This document shows positions 39,905 to 52,935 of a DNA stretch of 64,000 nucleotides, in pieces. Under the pieces are notes generated by a model. It was not told the origin of the DNA. It was given only the letters and a program-made list of their open reading frames with translations, and did not search any database. Made by a program: the position numbers and the translations under genes. Source of the stretch: Octopus sinensis (Eukaryota). The stretch lies in the NCBI RefSeq assembly GCF_006345805.1, contig NC_042998.1:138818001-138882000 (forward strand). The letters run 5' to 3'. The number at the start of each line of letters is the position of its first letter. Position 1 is the first letter of the stretch.

Positions 39905-40200
39905 TATGCTTATTATAGCCTCAGGCCGACCAAACCTTGTGAGTGGATTTCGTACTCGGAAACTGAAAGAAGACTGTCGTATATATGTGTATATTTGTGT
40001 ATGTGTGTGCCTGCGTCTTGTGTTTGTACCCCCACCATTGCTTGACAACTGATGTTGCTGTGTTTACATTCCTGTAACTTGGCGATTTGGTAAAAGACAC
40101 TGACAGAATGAGTACTAGGCTTACAAAGAATAAATCCTGTGGTTGATATCCAGCATGGCCGCAGTCATATGACTGAAACAAGTAAAGCAATAAAAATCTA
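39905..40200 (+). mobile_element. SINE family 1, head missing
   Basis: TATAGCCTCAGGCCGACC..GGAAACTGAAAGAAG..3' half. Confidence 0.8.
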
Positions 40201-40239
40201 TGCCATTTTATTCCCGAGCAAGGTCGGGTATCTCTGCTA

Positions 40240-40359
<120 letters not shown>

Positions 40360-40590
40360 TGTTTGTGTATGTATTTATGCTCGTACACACACGTTTCTTT
40401 GATTTTCCAGTCCAATGTCCACAACTCAACAATTCTATTCTGTCAATGAAACTGAATACTTGTAAAAGTTTATTTTTCCGAAGTGAAGACGTAAAGGGTT
40501 TAAACTGCGATGAAAACAGATTTGAGGGACACTATTTAAAAGGTGATGTATATGAGTCGTATTCTTTTCATTATATATATTTTTGTTTTT

Positions 40591-40650
<60 letters not shown>

Positions 40651-40735
40651 ATTCGAGACAAAACCACTATTTTGCAAAACAAACAAGGAAAGACTTAATC
40701 AATACATAAAAATTTTTATATAAAGAAATAAACCG

Positions 40736-40778
40736 CCACTACAATCGTTTCATGTCTTCAATGACATTCGTCAGGTGG
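40736..40778 (-). ncRNA. Minimal type I hammerhead ribozyme (left arm)
   Basis: Exact reverse complement of 40843-40885. Confidence 0.75.
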
Positions 40779-40842
40779 ATTTTCGATCTCCTAATCTGTT
40801 TTAATTTAATTCATAATTAAAACAGATTAGGAGATCGAAAAT

Positions 40843-40885
40843 CCACCTGACGAATGTCATTGAAGACATGAAACGATTGTAGTGG
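40843..40885 (+). ncRNA. Minimal type I hammerhead ribozyme (right arm)
   Basis: CCAC CTGACGA ATGTC-attgaa-GACAT GAAA CGATTG TA GTGG. Confidence 0.75.
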
Positions 40886-41063
40886 CGGTTTATTTCTTTA
40901 TATTAAAATTTTTATGTATTGATTAAGTCTTCCTTGTTTGTTTTGCAAAATAGTGGTTTTGTCTCGAATTATATTATATAATATTTTACTATAAAATTGG
41001 ATTTAATCATAAATCTGATTTTCCCCTGTAAATTTGGATTTATTCCCTAATATTTATTATTAT

Positions 41064-41164
<101 letters not shown>

Positions 41165-41264
41165 ATATATATATTATATATATATTATATTATATATATT
41201 ATATATATACGTTTAAATTGGCTAAACTGGCAATATGACCATTCCGAAATATAACAATATATAT

Positions 41265-41363
<99 letters not shown>

Positions 41364-41416
41364 GTAGTATTTATGTATGTATGTATGTATGTATGTATGT
41401 ATGTATGTATGTATAT

Positions 41417-41480
41417 CGGTGGTTCCCAACCAATTTTTGGCCATACACCACCGAATCATTCTAAAATCATGATGCTCCCT
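41417..41480. mobile_element. Possible hAT-type terminus
   Basis: CGGTGGTTCCCAACC resembles CAGTGGTTCCCAA hAT TIRs. No partner end found. Confidence 0.3.
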
Positions 41481-41962
41481 TGTGATATTTAACTTTTGTT
41501 ATTCAAAATTTGGTTAATGTTTACAATATTACCCGGAAGCAAATTTTTATAAAAATTAGTGCAACGGATGTAAAAAAAAATGTGTAGGAAACGAATATGA
41601 AAACAAAATGAGTAGAAAGCAACGGGAGTGGGGAAGGACTTCTTTATTTCATTTTATCATTTACCAATTTTTTTACTCTTTTCCTTTTTTCGTTCACTTT
41701 TCTTCTATTTACGCAATTATATTTAAATGTTTTATTCTGCATCCTCTAGATATTTTTTACAATTTTTTACTGAACGAAACTATAATTTTTCGATGAAGAG
41801 TTACGCCTCTTGCAACATATTTCCAACAAGTAATGTGTTGATTTTGCTTCTTTTTTTTTTTTTTTGTAATTTTCGCAACTTGTGCAAGATGAATAAAAGT
41901 GTCTGTGAGCAGAAAACTCATGGCTAATATCACGTTTGTTCTTTTTATATATAACTTTTTAG

Positions 41963-42162
41963 CCCGAATTAAAAATTGTACAGCCTTATATTCTAATGAA
42001 ATGGACAATCCGTGTTACTACAGCTATGATTCCAATATGACTACGGAATGGTCAAACAGAGTTGGGATCAAATTCTTTTTTGACGCAATCTACACAATAT
42101 CCAGAATATCAATTTTTCATAGAAGTTTGAATAATATAATTGTCAAAATCAACACGACAGAA
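41963..42162 (+). CDS. Gene B exon, first half of an F-type lectin/F5-8C-like domain
   Basis: Acceptor ataactttttAG phase 1, donor GAA|GTATGT phase 0. ARIKNCTALYSNEMDNPCYYSYDSNMTTEWSNRVGIKFFFDAIYTISRISIFHRSLNNIIVKINTTE. The D..Y.I..I.I..R..L.N..V pattern resembles the galactose-binding-like fold. Confidence 0.75.
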
Positions 42163-42297
42163 GTATGTTCTCTTTTATGTTTATTCCTATTAAAATCTAT
42201 TTTAACATTTCAACATAAAGGAAAAGCAACCATAAAAACATACATACATATGTGTGTGTGTGTGTGTGTGTGTGTGAGTGTGTGTGTGTGTGTGTGC

Positions 42298-42447
42298 GTG
42301 GAGACACATGTCCTAGTGGTTAGAGCAGCGGACTCACGGTCGAGGGATCGCAGATTCGAATCTCAGACCGGATGATGTGTGTGTTTATGAGATGGGGAAC
42401 CTATACGCCAAAGAAACCGGGAAACCGGCCCTTATGAGAAGGAACAA

Positions 42448-42484
<37 letters not shown>

Positions 42485-42912
42485 ATATATATATATATAT
42501 ATAGGCGCAGGAGTGGCTGTGTGGTAAGAAGCTTGCTAACCAACCACATGGTTCCGGGTTCATTCCCACTGCGTGGCATCTTGGGCAAGTGTCTTCTGCT
42601 ATAGCCCCGGGCAGACCAATGCCTTGTGAGTGGATTTGGTAGACGGAAACTGAAAGAAGCCCGTCGTATATATGTATATATATATGTGTGTGTGTATGTG
42701 TTTGTGTGTCTGTGTTTGTCCCCCTAGCATTGCTTGACAACCGATGCTGGTGTGTTTATGTCCCCGTCACTTAGCGGTTCGGCAAAGGAGACCGATAGAA
42801 TAAGTACTGGGCTTACAAAGAATAAGTCCCGGGGTCGATTTGCTCGACCGAAGGCGGTGCTTCAGCATGGTCGCAGTCAAATGACTGAAACGAGTAAAAG
42901 AGAGAGTAAAGA
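42298..42912 (+). mobile_element. SINE family 2 (42298-42445, internally deleted) followed by full SINE family 1 (42504-42912)
   Basis: tRNA heads and diagnostic bodies as above. Confidence 0.85.
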
Positions 42913-43165
42913 GTATATATATGGCATCCAAAACTTCCCGGACTAGTTCTGTAACACGTCAACAGATGCCAGCACACAGATGCTTGCGTAGTGAGAGCAA
43001 CAGTTACTTTCACGAGGCTGTGTGCCGAGTGACATCGCTGTGTTTACTTCACAAGTTATGAAGTTTGTTTTGGTAATCATGTATGCGCATATTTGTACAT
43101 ATGTGTGTGTGTGTGTGTGTGTTGTATGCGTGTGTGTGTGTATGTGTGTGTGTGTGTGTGTTTGT

Positions 43166-43207
<42 letters not shown>

Positions 43208-43229
43208 GCATGTGTATATATAAAGGTTT

Positions 43230-44352
43230 TATTTCTTTCAGATACCCCTCCACAGATAAAACTGTACCACAAGAAATGAAAAGACATGAAATCATTGTCG
43301 CTACATGTGTGAAAAACAGTGTTATAGAAATTGCCTACTTTTCAAGTGTTGCAAGATCTTTTGTACATTATGTTCGGCTGGAATTTGAAGCTCTGCCGAT
43401 AATGTTTCAATTATACCAAAGAGAAAAAGAATTCTAAACGTTCGAACAATATAAGGACACTGCAATTTATTCAACGGGTTCAAAACACTATCAGTGACGA
43501 TTTCTGAAAATTAGTGAGTGCTATCACCAAAGAACCTCAGGTGTCAGAGTGGACAGGACTGTGGTGCACGAGGGCATTCGATATACGTCGTAGACACTGA
43601 AGAGATGCATATTCCTGTCTAAAAAGACACATAAAATCCATTCTATCCATGCCAAACTGTTACCTAAAAGAGTCAAAAGTCCTCACGAATATGGCAAACG
43701 TCAAATAAGACCAAAAGTCTAACAGGAGAAATGACAGATGATATATGTTCAGGACTTTCTGATGTCCCAGAGTGATGCATAATAAGTTTCTAGCAACTGT
43801 GATGATTTTAGGAGTGGTGCCACCTAATATCTTTCCACAAGGTCTTCTAATTCTTGGATACGTTCGTTGAGATGTCGAAGACAATTTTAAGCCCTGGATG
43901 AATAAATTATGCAATTGAAGGCCATGTGTTTTTCAACAAACCTCAGCTTCTTCTCACAAAGCCCACGTAATTCAAGAGTGGATGTTAGAAATCTTTAAGA
44001 TCATGTAACACCAAACTTGTGGCCTCTAAACTCGCCGGATTTAAATCCCATGGACTATTGATTTTGGAGAACTGTCGAAACAGAGACAAATCGATATACT
44101 CACAATACCATAGTTTCACTGAAAGCCGTCATTGTCCAGATAATGTCTGATATGCGGGTATATCAACAGTTCGAGTCTTGCATTGAAGCAATCATCGAAG
44201 TTGAAGGCAGATTTATAGAATATTCTCAAAAGAAAGTTTATCGAGATGTTGTGCACAAATTTTTATTAAAATATTTTTTGTGTTAGCTACATTAGAGTTG
44301 TTTTATTAAATTACCAAATATGTCCTTAAATACGTCTTGCGCCGCGTATGTT
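43230..44352 (+). mobile_element. Decayed Tc1/mariner transposon (Bmmar1/maT-like)
   Basis: MKRHEIIVA..EIAYFSSVARSFV N-terminus; LWPLNSPDLNPMDY; IEAIIEVEGRFIE. Confidence 0.8.
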
Positions 44353-44649
44353 AATGATATTGAAGAAAATACATAGTAGGACATTTAAGCATCCATTTAA
44401 ATGCATGGAATGGAAAGGGATTTAGCACTCTTACTCACCTTGGAAAGTGCCAGATCATCGCATAGAACAGAGCAATTCTTCAGTACGGATCCTGTATAAA
44501 TACAACAGGAAAACAGTTTTTAATGATGAGCGGATGTTTAAAATGTTTATGGTATTCAAGTTTTAAATAAGTGCATACAGTTTTTAAGTAGATCATAATT
44601 CTGAATTTAAAGTTATGAATGTATTTCATATTAAGTCAATTTTTTTCAG

Positions 44650-44815
44650 ACTGTGTTTGAATTGATGAAAAGTGATGAGACCAATTACGAAAAAGCTAAT
44701 GTATACAATAACTTGCTAATGTTACCTAACGTACTCACTACGACTGTCGAAATTTCTACGAAAAGTTATGATACCTGGGGTATTAGCTTGCAAGAAATAT
44801 TGTTCTTTGGCTTCG
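44650..44815 (+). CDS. Gene B exon, second half of the lectin-like domain
   Basis: Acceptor tttttttcAG phase 0 matches the 42162 donor; donor TTCG|GTAAGA phase 1. Ends ISLQEILFFG, resembling the LxLxEVxVFG terminal strand. Confidence 0.8.
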
Positions 44816-45404
44816 GTAAGAATATATATTCACAATAAATTTTTAAATAGATGCCTGGAAGAACACGTCCAAAAACATATATATGTGTGTTGTCTAAACA
44901 TGCATATGTGCGTGTGTTTTATATACACATGCACATGCCCACCTATTCACCCACTCGCGCACCTGTACGAACAAATGAACACAAATAACAAACATACACA
45001 TCTGTGTGTATTGAGAATAACAACTCTAGATAAGTTATTAAATATGAGCATTTTTATCAATATTTTTTAATAATCTGGAATAAACTTCATGCGGTATGTT
45101 TTAAACAGTAAAGTTCTTAAATACATCATCAATATTTCTTGACCTTTAAAGTCTCATCTTCAAGATGAAAAGATGTTAGTTTTGTAGCTGTTTCTTTGTA
45201 TCAGGTAGGACTAATATGATTATTGAACACAACACCACTGACAGGCTGGAAGAATTACTATCCAATATGAGTGAGCGAAGCATTAAATTTCGCTTGTCGC
45301 TGTCATGTTGCCGTCGTGTGACACCGCTTCTCTGTGCATGTAACAACTTTGCACACACATAAAGGAAACATACATAACACTAATAAATAATTGTGTATAT
45401 ATGT

Positions 45405-45489
45405 ATGTGTAGTACTACTGCTGCTGCTGCTGCTACTACTACTACTACTACTAGTAGTAGTAGTAGTTGTTGTTGTTGTTGTTGTTGTT

Positions 45490-45543
<54 letters not shown>

Positions 45544-45545
45544 TG
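45405..45545. repeat. Compound trinucleotide tract (CTG/CTA/GTT/GTA)n
   Basis: Directly visible. Confidence 0.95.
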
Positions 45546-46121
45546 TATGTATGTATTATGTATGTATATATAAGGTTAGCTGAGTTAGATGTTAAAATAA
45601 CAATCAAAGGGATAGAAGTATCCATTACACTACCGGTATATTATTTATGTTTAATCATGAGCATACATATGTAAGCATATTAAACTCATAATTTATAGGT
45701 AAAGACAAGGATAAACATGAGTTTATCAAGAATCAAAATTTAAAGAAAACAGAAAATGGAGAAATATTGATGAACAACAATTGACTTACATCAAATATTA
45801 TTTATTAATTCAATACAAATAGACTGCATCCCATCTAACAGCTGTTTCTGATTCCAATGTCGAATGGTATTGCTATTGATATGCTAAAATTATTTATCAT
45901 ATTTGGTAATAAAGCTGATCTGAAACGTGGAACTTCATCAGAGTGAAGAATAAATAAAAAAAAAGAGAAGAGCCTAGAGAAGAAAAAGGGTAAGTTGAAT
46001 ATGGTTGTAATCATACCATTTTGCTTGTGTGTCTCTTTGGGATGTTATGTAAATGACTAAACTTAAATAGTATTTGGTGGATTAATCCTTTGTATGGGGT
46101 GTGGATAGGATGGATTGATAA

Positions 46122-48426
46122 CACTGGGCAACAAAACGCATTTTTTGTCATACTATTTAATCTTTTTCAGCTGATTTAGGGTAATTTTAGGGCGCTGAAA
46201 CCGAATCTGACATTTTCAGACAGCAGGTGTAGTGTTTTAGTTATTCACAGCATTAGATTTTCCAACCAATTGATAATATTAACAAAGTAGTAAAGTTATT
46301 TGCTTTCGATTTTCAGTCATCACTGAAACAAAAATATGTGCTGATAGAGGGAAATGTAGGGTACCTGTTAAATTGCCACAAAAGATGAGAATTTATCTTA
46401 CTTTCTTATAGCTGTAATTAAAGTTCTCCTCACAGTAGGCTACTGATATTAGATTATCGTAAGCCACTCAGACTCCCTTTTCTTGATAACTGCTAGTACT
46501 GTTAAAACAAAGTACATCAAATAAGAGAAAAATAGTTTAGTGGTAAGTTTAGTTATTTACCAAAGTGATCAATGTTTGAAATTTAGAGATGGAAAAAATT
46601 GTTTCGTGACAGCCATAGCTTCAGTACGTTCTATAATAATTTCAATGATTTTTTTTTTATTTGAGAAATATATTTTGATGTTTTACAGTAACATTTATAG
46701 TTGATTAATTTTGTAATTTAGTTTACTGATAGACTTCTTTGAGTGTTGATTTAGGTTATTACTGTATGTATTTATGATGAGCAGAAAAGTTTGTGTTAAT
46801 CACCCGGACAGCTTTTGTTACGTGTGTGGAAAATTTACACCAAAAGATCAGAGATATAAGCTTACAAAGAAATTTTTAAATGCTTACAAGCTTTATTTTG
46901 GGTGCAAAGTCGGGGACCAAGATAAACTGTTGGTACCTCATGTTTGTTGCAAAAACTGCTACATAAAACTAACCCAATGACTGAATGGTAAACGAAAAGT
47001 ATGCAATTTACAGTACTAATGATATGGCGCGAACCAACAAACCACTATACCGATTGTTATTTCTGCTTGGCTAACATCACAGGTTTCTCTAAGAAGAACA
47101 AAACCAAGATTGTTTATCCAGATTGCCCTTTAGCTTTAAAACCAGTTGTTCATATTGCTGAAAATATTCCAATTCAAGAACCTCCTTCATCTTTTGACAA
47201 AGATAGTTTAAGTGAAGAAAGTACCACATCTACTTCAATTCAAGGTGTGCTGAGTGATACAGCAGATCACTGTGATGAAACGGGATCTTCAAAAAAAGTT
47301 CCTCATTTATTAAGTCAACTTGAGTTAAATGACTTAGTTAGAGACTTGGGTTTAACAAAAGAAAAGTCAGAACTTTTCTTCTTTGGGTTGCAAATGGTGT
47401 ACACAAAGTTTCTTGGGTTGCAAATGGTGTATACAAGGCATCAGTGCTTTTTGGCCCTTTGGAACAGCAGAGATGAGAAGCATCACTATGATCAAAAAGA
47501 GTGGCCAAAGAGAAGTGATTTCACTCCAGGGAGATATTACGTTAAATATATCCCTTTATTTGATCCTCAGAAAATTTACCTTTCTCCCTTACACATTAAA
47601 CTTGACTTGCTTAAGAATTTTGCTAAGGCCATGAATGAAGACGGTGAAGGATTCAAATATCTCAGTGAAAAAATTGCTTTCTAGCAAGAGTGAAGCTAAG
47701 ATCAAAGCTGGTGTTTTTAATGGGCCAGAAATTCGTACGCAAATTTGTGATGAGCTTTTTCAAGAAAAATTAAGATCAGTAGAGAAACTGCTTGGGAAAA
47801 GTTTGTATCTCTTGTAAAAAGGTTTTTGGAAAATGAAAAATCATGTAACTACAGTGCAATTGTGAATATTTTTTGAAAGCTTATAAGCAATTTGGGGCAA
47901 GAGTGTCTCTAAAAATTCATTTTCTCCACCCTCATCTTGACTTTTTCCCACCTAATATGGGTGAAATAAGCGATGAGCATGGTGAATGATTTCATCAAGA
48001 AATCAAAGAGCTAGAAAGCCACTCCAGTGGCAGACTTACACCAAACATGCTGACGGACTACTGCTAGTTTTTAAAACAAGAAATGGACATGCAACATAAG
48101 CGTAAAAGACGCCAAAGCTATTTTTGAAAAACAAATTTTTAATATTCACTTTACACTTTCGTTTTGTGTTTTATTGGTTTTAGAACTACTTGTCCACCTA
48201 GTTGCTATTGTTTCTATACCAAATAATGGTAATTTACGCTTAACATAACATTCATCTTATTTGTCATGAATTTTCACATTATTGTAATTTTAGTAGCAGT
48301 ATAATAATGATAGCGCAAAAACGTGACGTGCTAGAGCAAAAATGATTGCAGATTCAGAATCAGCGCTCCCAAATTACCTATGAGCACTATTTCATCTAAT
48401 AGTAGCAAAAAGCTTGTTGCCTAGTG
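46122..48426 (+). mobile_element. Chapaev3 (CMC superfamily) DNA transposon, defective
   Basis: TIRs CACTGGGCAACAA / CACTAGGCAACAA, 3-bp TAA TSD (46119-21, 48427-29). Chapa-type Zn motifs CVNHPDSFCYVCG..PHVCCKNC..WREPTNHYTDCYFC; PLHIKL, SLKIHFLH, SDEHGE.FHQ. Confidence 0.88.
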
Positions 48427-48834
48427 TAATAAAAAATAATAATAGAGGGATACGCCAATAGGTTTTAGTCGGAGAAGGGGTGAAGTTACAATAAGGTTTT
48501 AAATTAATCATAAACATTTTTAATAACTATGTTTATTGTACTAATTAAGAGTATTTACCATAATAAAGTGCTAATCGATTAAATGTAATTTCTTTTTATT
48601 TACTAGTAGGTAGTTGGTTAAGCCCTTCCACCTGTTGTCCGAAGTGAGATAGGCTATGGACCAACGTTTGATATAATTGGTCAGTTGAAATTTAAAAACA
48701 AAAGACCAACTATTAAACTGTTATACGGGGTAAGATAAATAAATAAACGAATGGAAAATGGTGTATGTTGTAAGGGGCCCTAAAACGCTTAGGACAGTAT
48801 ATACTAGATTAAAAATTAGATATTAAGGAATAAT

Positions 48835-48974
48835 ATGGTTCCGGGTTCAGTCCCACTGCGTGGCATCTTCGGCAAGTGTCTTCTACTATAGCCTCAGGCT
48901 GACCAAAGCCTTGTGAGTGGATTTGGTAGACGGAAACTGAAAGAAGCCCATCGTATATATATATAAGATATATA

Positions 48975-49021
<47 letters not shown>

Positions 49022-49525
49022 AATATATGTGTGTGTGTGTATGTGTGAGTGCGTGTGTGTGGTGTATATGTGTTGTCTGTGTGTGTGTATGTTTGTGTGT
49101 CTGTTTGTGTGTCTGTGTTTGTAACCCCAACATCGCTTGACAACCGATGCTGGTGTGTTTACGTCCCCGTAACTTAGTGGTTCAGCGAAAGAGAACAATA
49201 GAATAAGTATTAGGCTTACAAAGAATAAATCATGGGGTCGATTCGTTCGACTAAAAGGTGGTCTCTAGCATGGCCACAGTCAAATGACTGAAACAAGTAA
49301 AAGAGTACCAATAATGTCAGGGGAATTGAAAGAGCAATATCTAATGCTCGACAGTCTAAGGCAAAACTATCTCATAGTTTATCTATGGTTTATATTTAGA
49401 TCTTTTTACGTATTCTATCACCACGTATTAGTTTTTTTTCCATGTATGGGTGAGGTGATAAATTAAAATTAATTGTTTGTAAACCAAGTGTTCAATAATA
49501 CCTGAATTTCGGAGTAAACGCATCT
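48835..49525 (+). mobile_element. 5'-truncated SINE family 1 plus ~215-bp flank, duplicated at 53945-54777
   Basis: Shared variants (CTTCGGCAAG, GAGAACAATAG) and near-identical downstream sequence ending AAACGCATCT. Confidence 0.85.
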
Positions 49526-49641
49526 GTTGTAAGGGGCCCTAAAACGCTTAGGACAGTATATACTAGATTTTAAAAATTAGATATTATGGAATAAATATTA
49601 AGGAGTGGCTGTGTGGTAAGTAGTTTGCTTACCAACCACAT

Positions 49642-49698
<57 letters not shown>

Positions 49699-49839
49699 TT
49701 TTTTGATTTTTCCAGTTTCAGCTAATGAGTTGTGGCCATGCTGGGGCACCGATATATATATATATATAATAGAAATATTAAAATTACTTATATCTATAAG
49801 AATGCCATATTAATATGGCGATAACAATTAATATATATA

Positions 49840-49875
<36 letters not shown>

Positions 49876-49899
49876 TGTATGTATGTATGTATGTATGTG

Positions 49900-51470
49900 G
49901 TGTATATATGTTTCTGTGTCTGTGATTGTCCCCCAACATCCCTGACATCCGATGATAGTAAGTTTACGTCCTCGTAACCTAGCGGTTCGGCAAAAGATAC
50001 CGATAGAATAAATACTAGGCTTCCAAAGAATAAGTCCTGGGGTCGATTTGCTCGACTAAAGGCGGTGCTCCAGCATGGCTACAGTCAAATGACTGAAACA
50101 AGTAAAAAAGTAGGAAAGTAAAGAGTAAGAGAGAAACCTATTCGGACATTTAGGAAATAAGATGGTTGGAGGTGAAATGCTCCAAATGTCTTTTAAATAG
50201 GAATGTGAAATTAGTACAAACAATGAAAATAATTTATTCCGTAGGGAAATTATGGAAGTATTTACGGTTAAGGGGAGGTAATAACTAGTGTAAGTGGCCT
50301 AAATTGGAGACTGCTGGTCTACCATCCAGTGTACCTAATCAGTGAGCTGACTAGCCCACCACTCAGCTAATTCCATAGCTAATTGGTTAATCAAAATCTT
50401 ATTGTATTTTCACCCTTTCTCCGACTAAAACCTATTGGCGTATCCCACTATTATTTTTTATTATTTATCCATCCTATCCATCCCTGTATAAAGAATTAAT
50501 CCACCAAATACTAGTTTAAGTTTAGTCATTTACTTAACATCCCAAAGAGACACACAAGCAAAATGGTATGATTACAACCATATTCAACTTAGCCTTTTTC
50601 TTCTCTAGGCTCTTCTTTTTATGTTTATTCTTATCTCTGCTGAAGCTCCATGTTCCAGATCGGATTTATTACCAAATATGATAAATAATTTTAGCATATC
50701 AATAGCAATACTATACAACATTGGAATCAGAAACAGCTGTTAGATGGGATGCAGTCTATTTGTATTGAATTAATAAATAATATTTGATGTAAGTCAATTG
50801 TTATTCATCGATATTTCTCCATTTTCTGTTTTCTTTAAATTTTATATATGTTCCAGTCGTTTCGGTCAACGGAAGAGGTCGCTCATGAAATTATCGTGCA
50901 AGTGGTTGAGCACTCCACAGACACGCGTACGTTTAATGTAGTTCTCAAGTAGATTCAGCGTGACACAGAATGTGACATGGTTGGCCCCTTGAATTACGTG
51001 TGCAACTCATCTTTGCCAGTTGTGTGGACAGGAGCATCATGAAATAAAGTGTCTTGCTTAAAGGCACAACGCACTGCCAGGAATCGAATGATCTTACTAT
51101 TGTGATCCGAATACCCTAACCACTAAGCCTTCACACACAGACACACACACACACATACATACATACATACATACATACATACATACATACATACATACAT
51201 ACATACACATATACTCACACACACACACACGCACTCACACACACATATGTATATATATATTGGCGCAGGAGTGGCTGTGTGGTAAGTAGCTTGTTTACCA
51301 ACCACATGGTTCCGGGATCAGTCCCACTGCGTGGCACCTTGGGCAAGTGTCTTCTACTATAGCCTCGGGCCGACCAAAGCCTTGTAAGTGGATTTGGTGG
51401 ACGGAAACTGAAAGAAGCCGTCGTATATATGTATATATATGTATATATATATTATATATAATATATATAT

Positions 51471-51512
<42 letters not shown>

Positions 51513-51735
51513 ATGTGTTGGTGTGTCTGTGTTTGTCCCCTCCCAACATCACTTGACAACCGATGCTGGTGTGCTTATGTCCCCGTTACTTAGCGGTTCG
51601 GCAAAGAGACCGATAGAATAAGTACTGGGCTTACAAAAGAATAAGACCCGGGGTCGAGTTGCTCGATTAAAGGCGGTGCTCCAGCATGGCCGCAGTCAAA
51701 TGACTAAAACAAATAAAAGAGTAAAATAGTAAAAT
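49900..51735. mobile_element. SINE copies: family 1 3' half (49900-50125, +), family-2-like (50850-51130, -), full family 1 (51262-51735, +)
   Basis: Diagnostic blocks as above. Confidence 0.8.
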
Positions 51736-51886
51736 ATATATATATATATACGCACAAATATAGATGCTAAACAGCCCGAGGGATATAAACAATATCGAAC
51801 ACACACAATGCATGTGTTTTGCCAGTTCGTGGGCGGGCTGTGATTATAGGCGTAAGAGAATATATTCTCGTGTGTGTGTGTGTGTG

Positions 51887-51941
<55 letters not shown>

Positions 51942-52689
51942 TGTGTGTGTGCATGCGTATGTGTGTACACATATACACACATAACTTACTATAATCAGTA
52001 ACAGTATTTTGAATTTCATTTTTCATTTTCTTTTTTTTTTTGTCCCCCGAAGGAAGGGAAAAACCCATCACTTTAAAATTTATACGTATGTAAACGTAAT
52101 TAACTACTGTTTTTTTACGAGAGTCCATTGATGGAGCTGCTCATATACATTTTGATTTTTTATACTAATGTGTGTAAGCAGTATAGTTTGTTTCTGAATT
52201 GAAATATTTTTTCAGCTCCGGCCACATGCAGTCTGAATCGCAGAAAATGATCAGCATCTGTTTAAATAAATCTGAGAATACAGAACACAATTTATCGTTC
52301 TTTTTATGTAAGTACAGCCTACCGATATACTCATATCTACACTTTATAGGTATTCCAGAACAAATGAAATGTATATAGTATGCCAAAAGCATTGAATAGA
52401 CTTTAATGACACCGGTTTGCGACTTGATTTTCATTTAGTCAAACCCTTTCATCTTCAAACTTTTATCGAGTCCTAAAAACCTACATTATTATTATCTTCC
52501 CATTTTAAAAAGTATATAGTACAGGGAACGTATTCATAATTGAGTGACCTAGGATACTGAAAACTAGGAATATTTTCGAGTCGTAGTTATTACAACGCAG
52601 GTGATGTAATTCAAAGTGTAAATTTTCTAGAGAGTAATCTAGTACGTTGTCAACTCACATTGTTCCAATTCTGTATTTATCATATAGAT

Positions 52690-52935
52690 TATGCGAATAA
52701 TGTTCGAAAATAATTGCTTGAAAACAATTATTCGAAAAACATTTATTCGAATGGAAAATCGTATGATTGAAAATTATTCAAAAGGACAATTATACGAAAT
52801 GTTAATTATTCTAATTTTTTTTATTTTATTAAAAATCAAGTACACGAGTTATATTTATTTCGAATAACTGTTTTTCGAATAATTGTTTTCGAATAATTGT
52901 TTTCGAACAATTGTTTTCGAGCAATTTTCATGATA
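52690..52935. mobile_element. Foldback/MITE-like element built from a 14-bp motif
   Basis: GAAAACAATTATTCGAAAA on the left, (TTTTCGAATAATTG)n tandem on the right, in inverted orientation. Confidence 0.55.

Larger units (their letters stand above)
40641..40980. repeat. Near-perfect 340-bp palindrome with 8-bp spacer
   Basis: Arms differ by 1 substitution and 1 indel. Flanked by (TA)n. Confidence 0.95.
45735..50843. repeat. ~470-bp inverted repeat pair; left arm (45735-46121 + 48427-48508) split by Chapaev3, right arm 50386-50843
   Basis: Reverse-complement match continues on both sides of the transposon. Confidence 0.88.

Noticed and set aside
41899-41962. ATG at 41920 as the start of a separate gene (MANITFVLFIYNFLA)
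   Set aside because: The hydrophobic stretch is better explained as the polypyrimidine tract of the phase-1 acceptor at 41962. Not fully excluded.
43560-43610. CTGAAGA with GCATT/GATGC pairing, possible permuted hammerhead
   Set aside because: No GAAA and no UH site; lies within Tc1/mariner coding sequence.
52165-52434. Minus-strand ORF with CRYEYIG..C..W, kringle-like impression
   Set aside because: Lacks the NYCRNP motif and cysteine spacing; no splice support.
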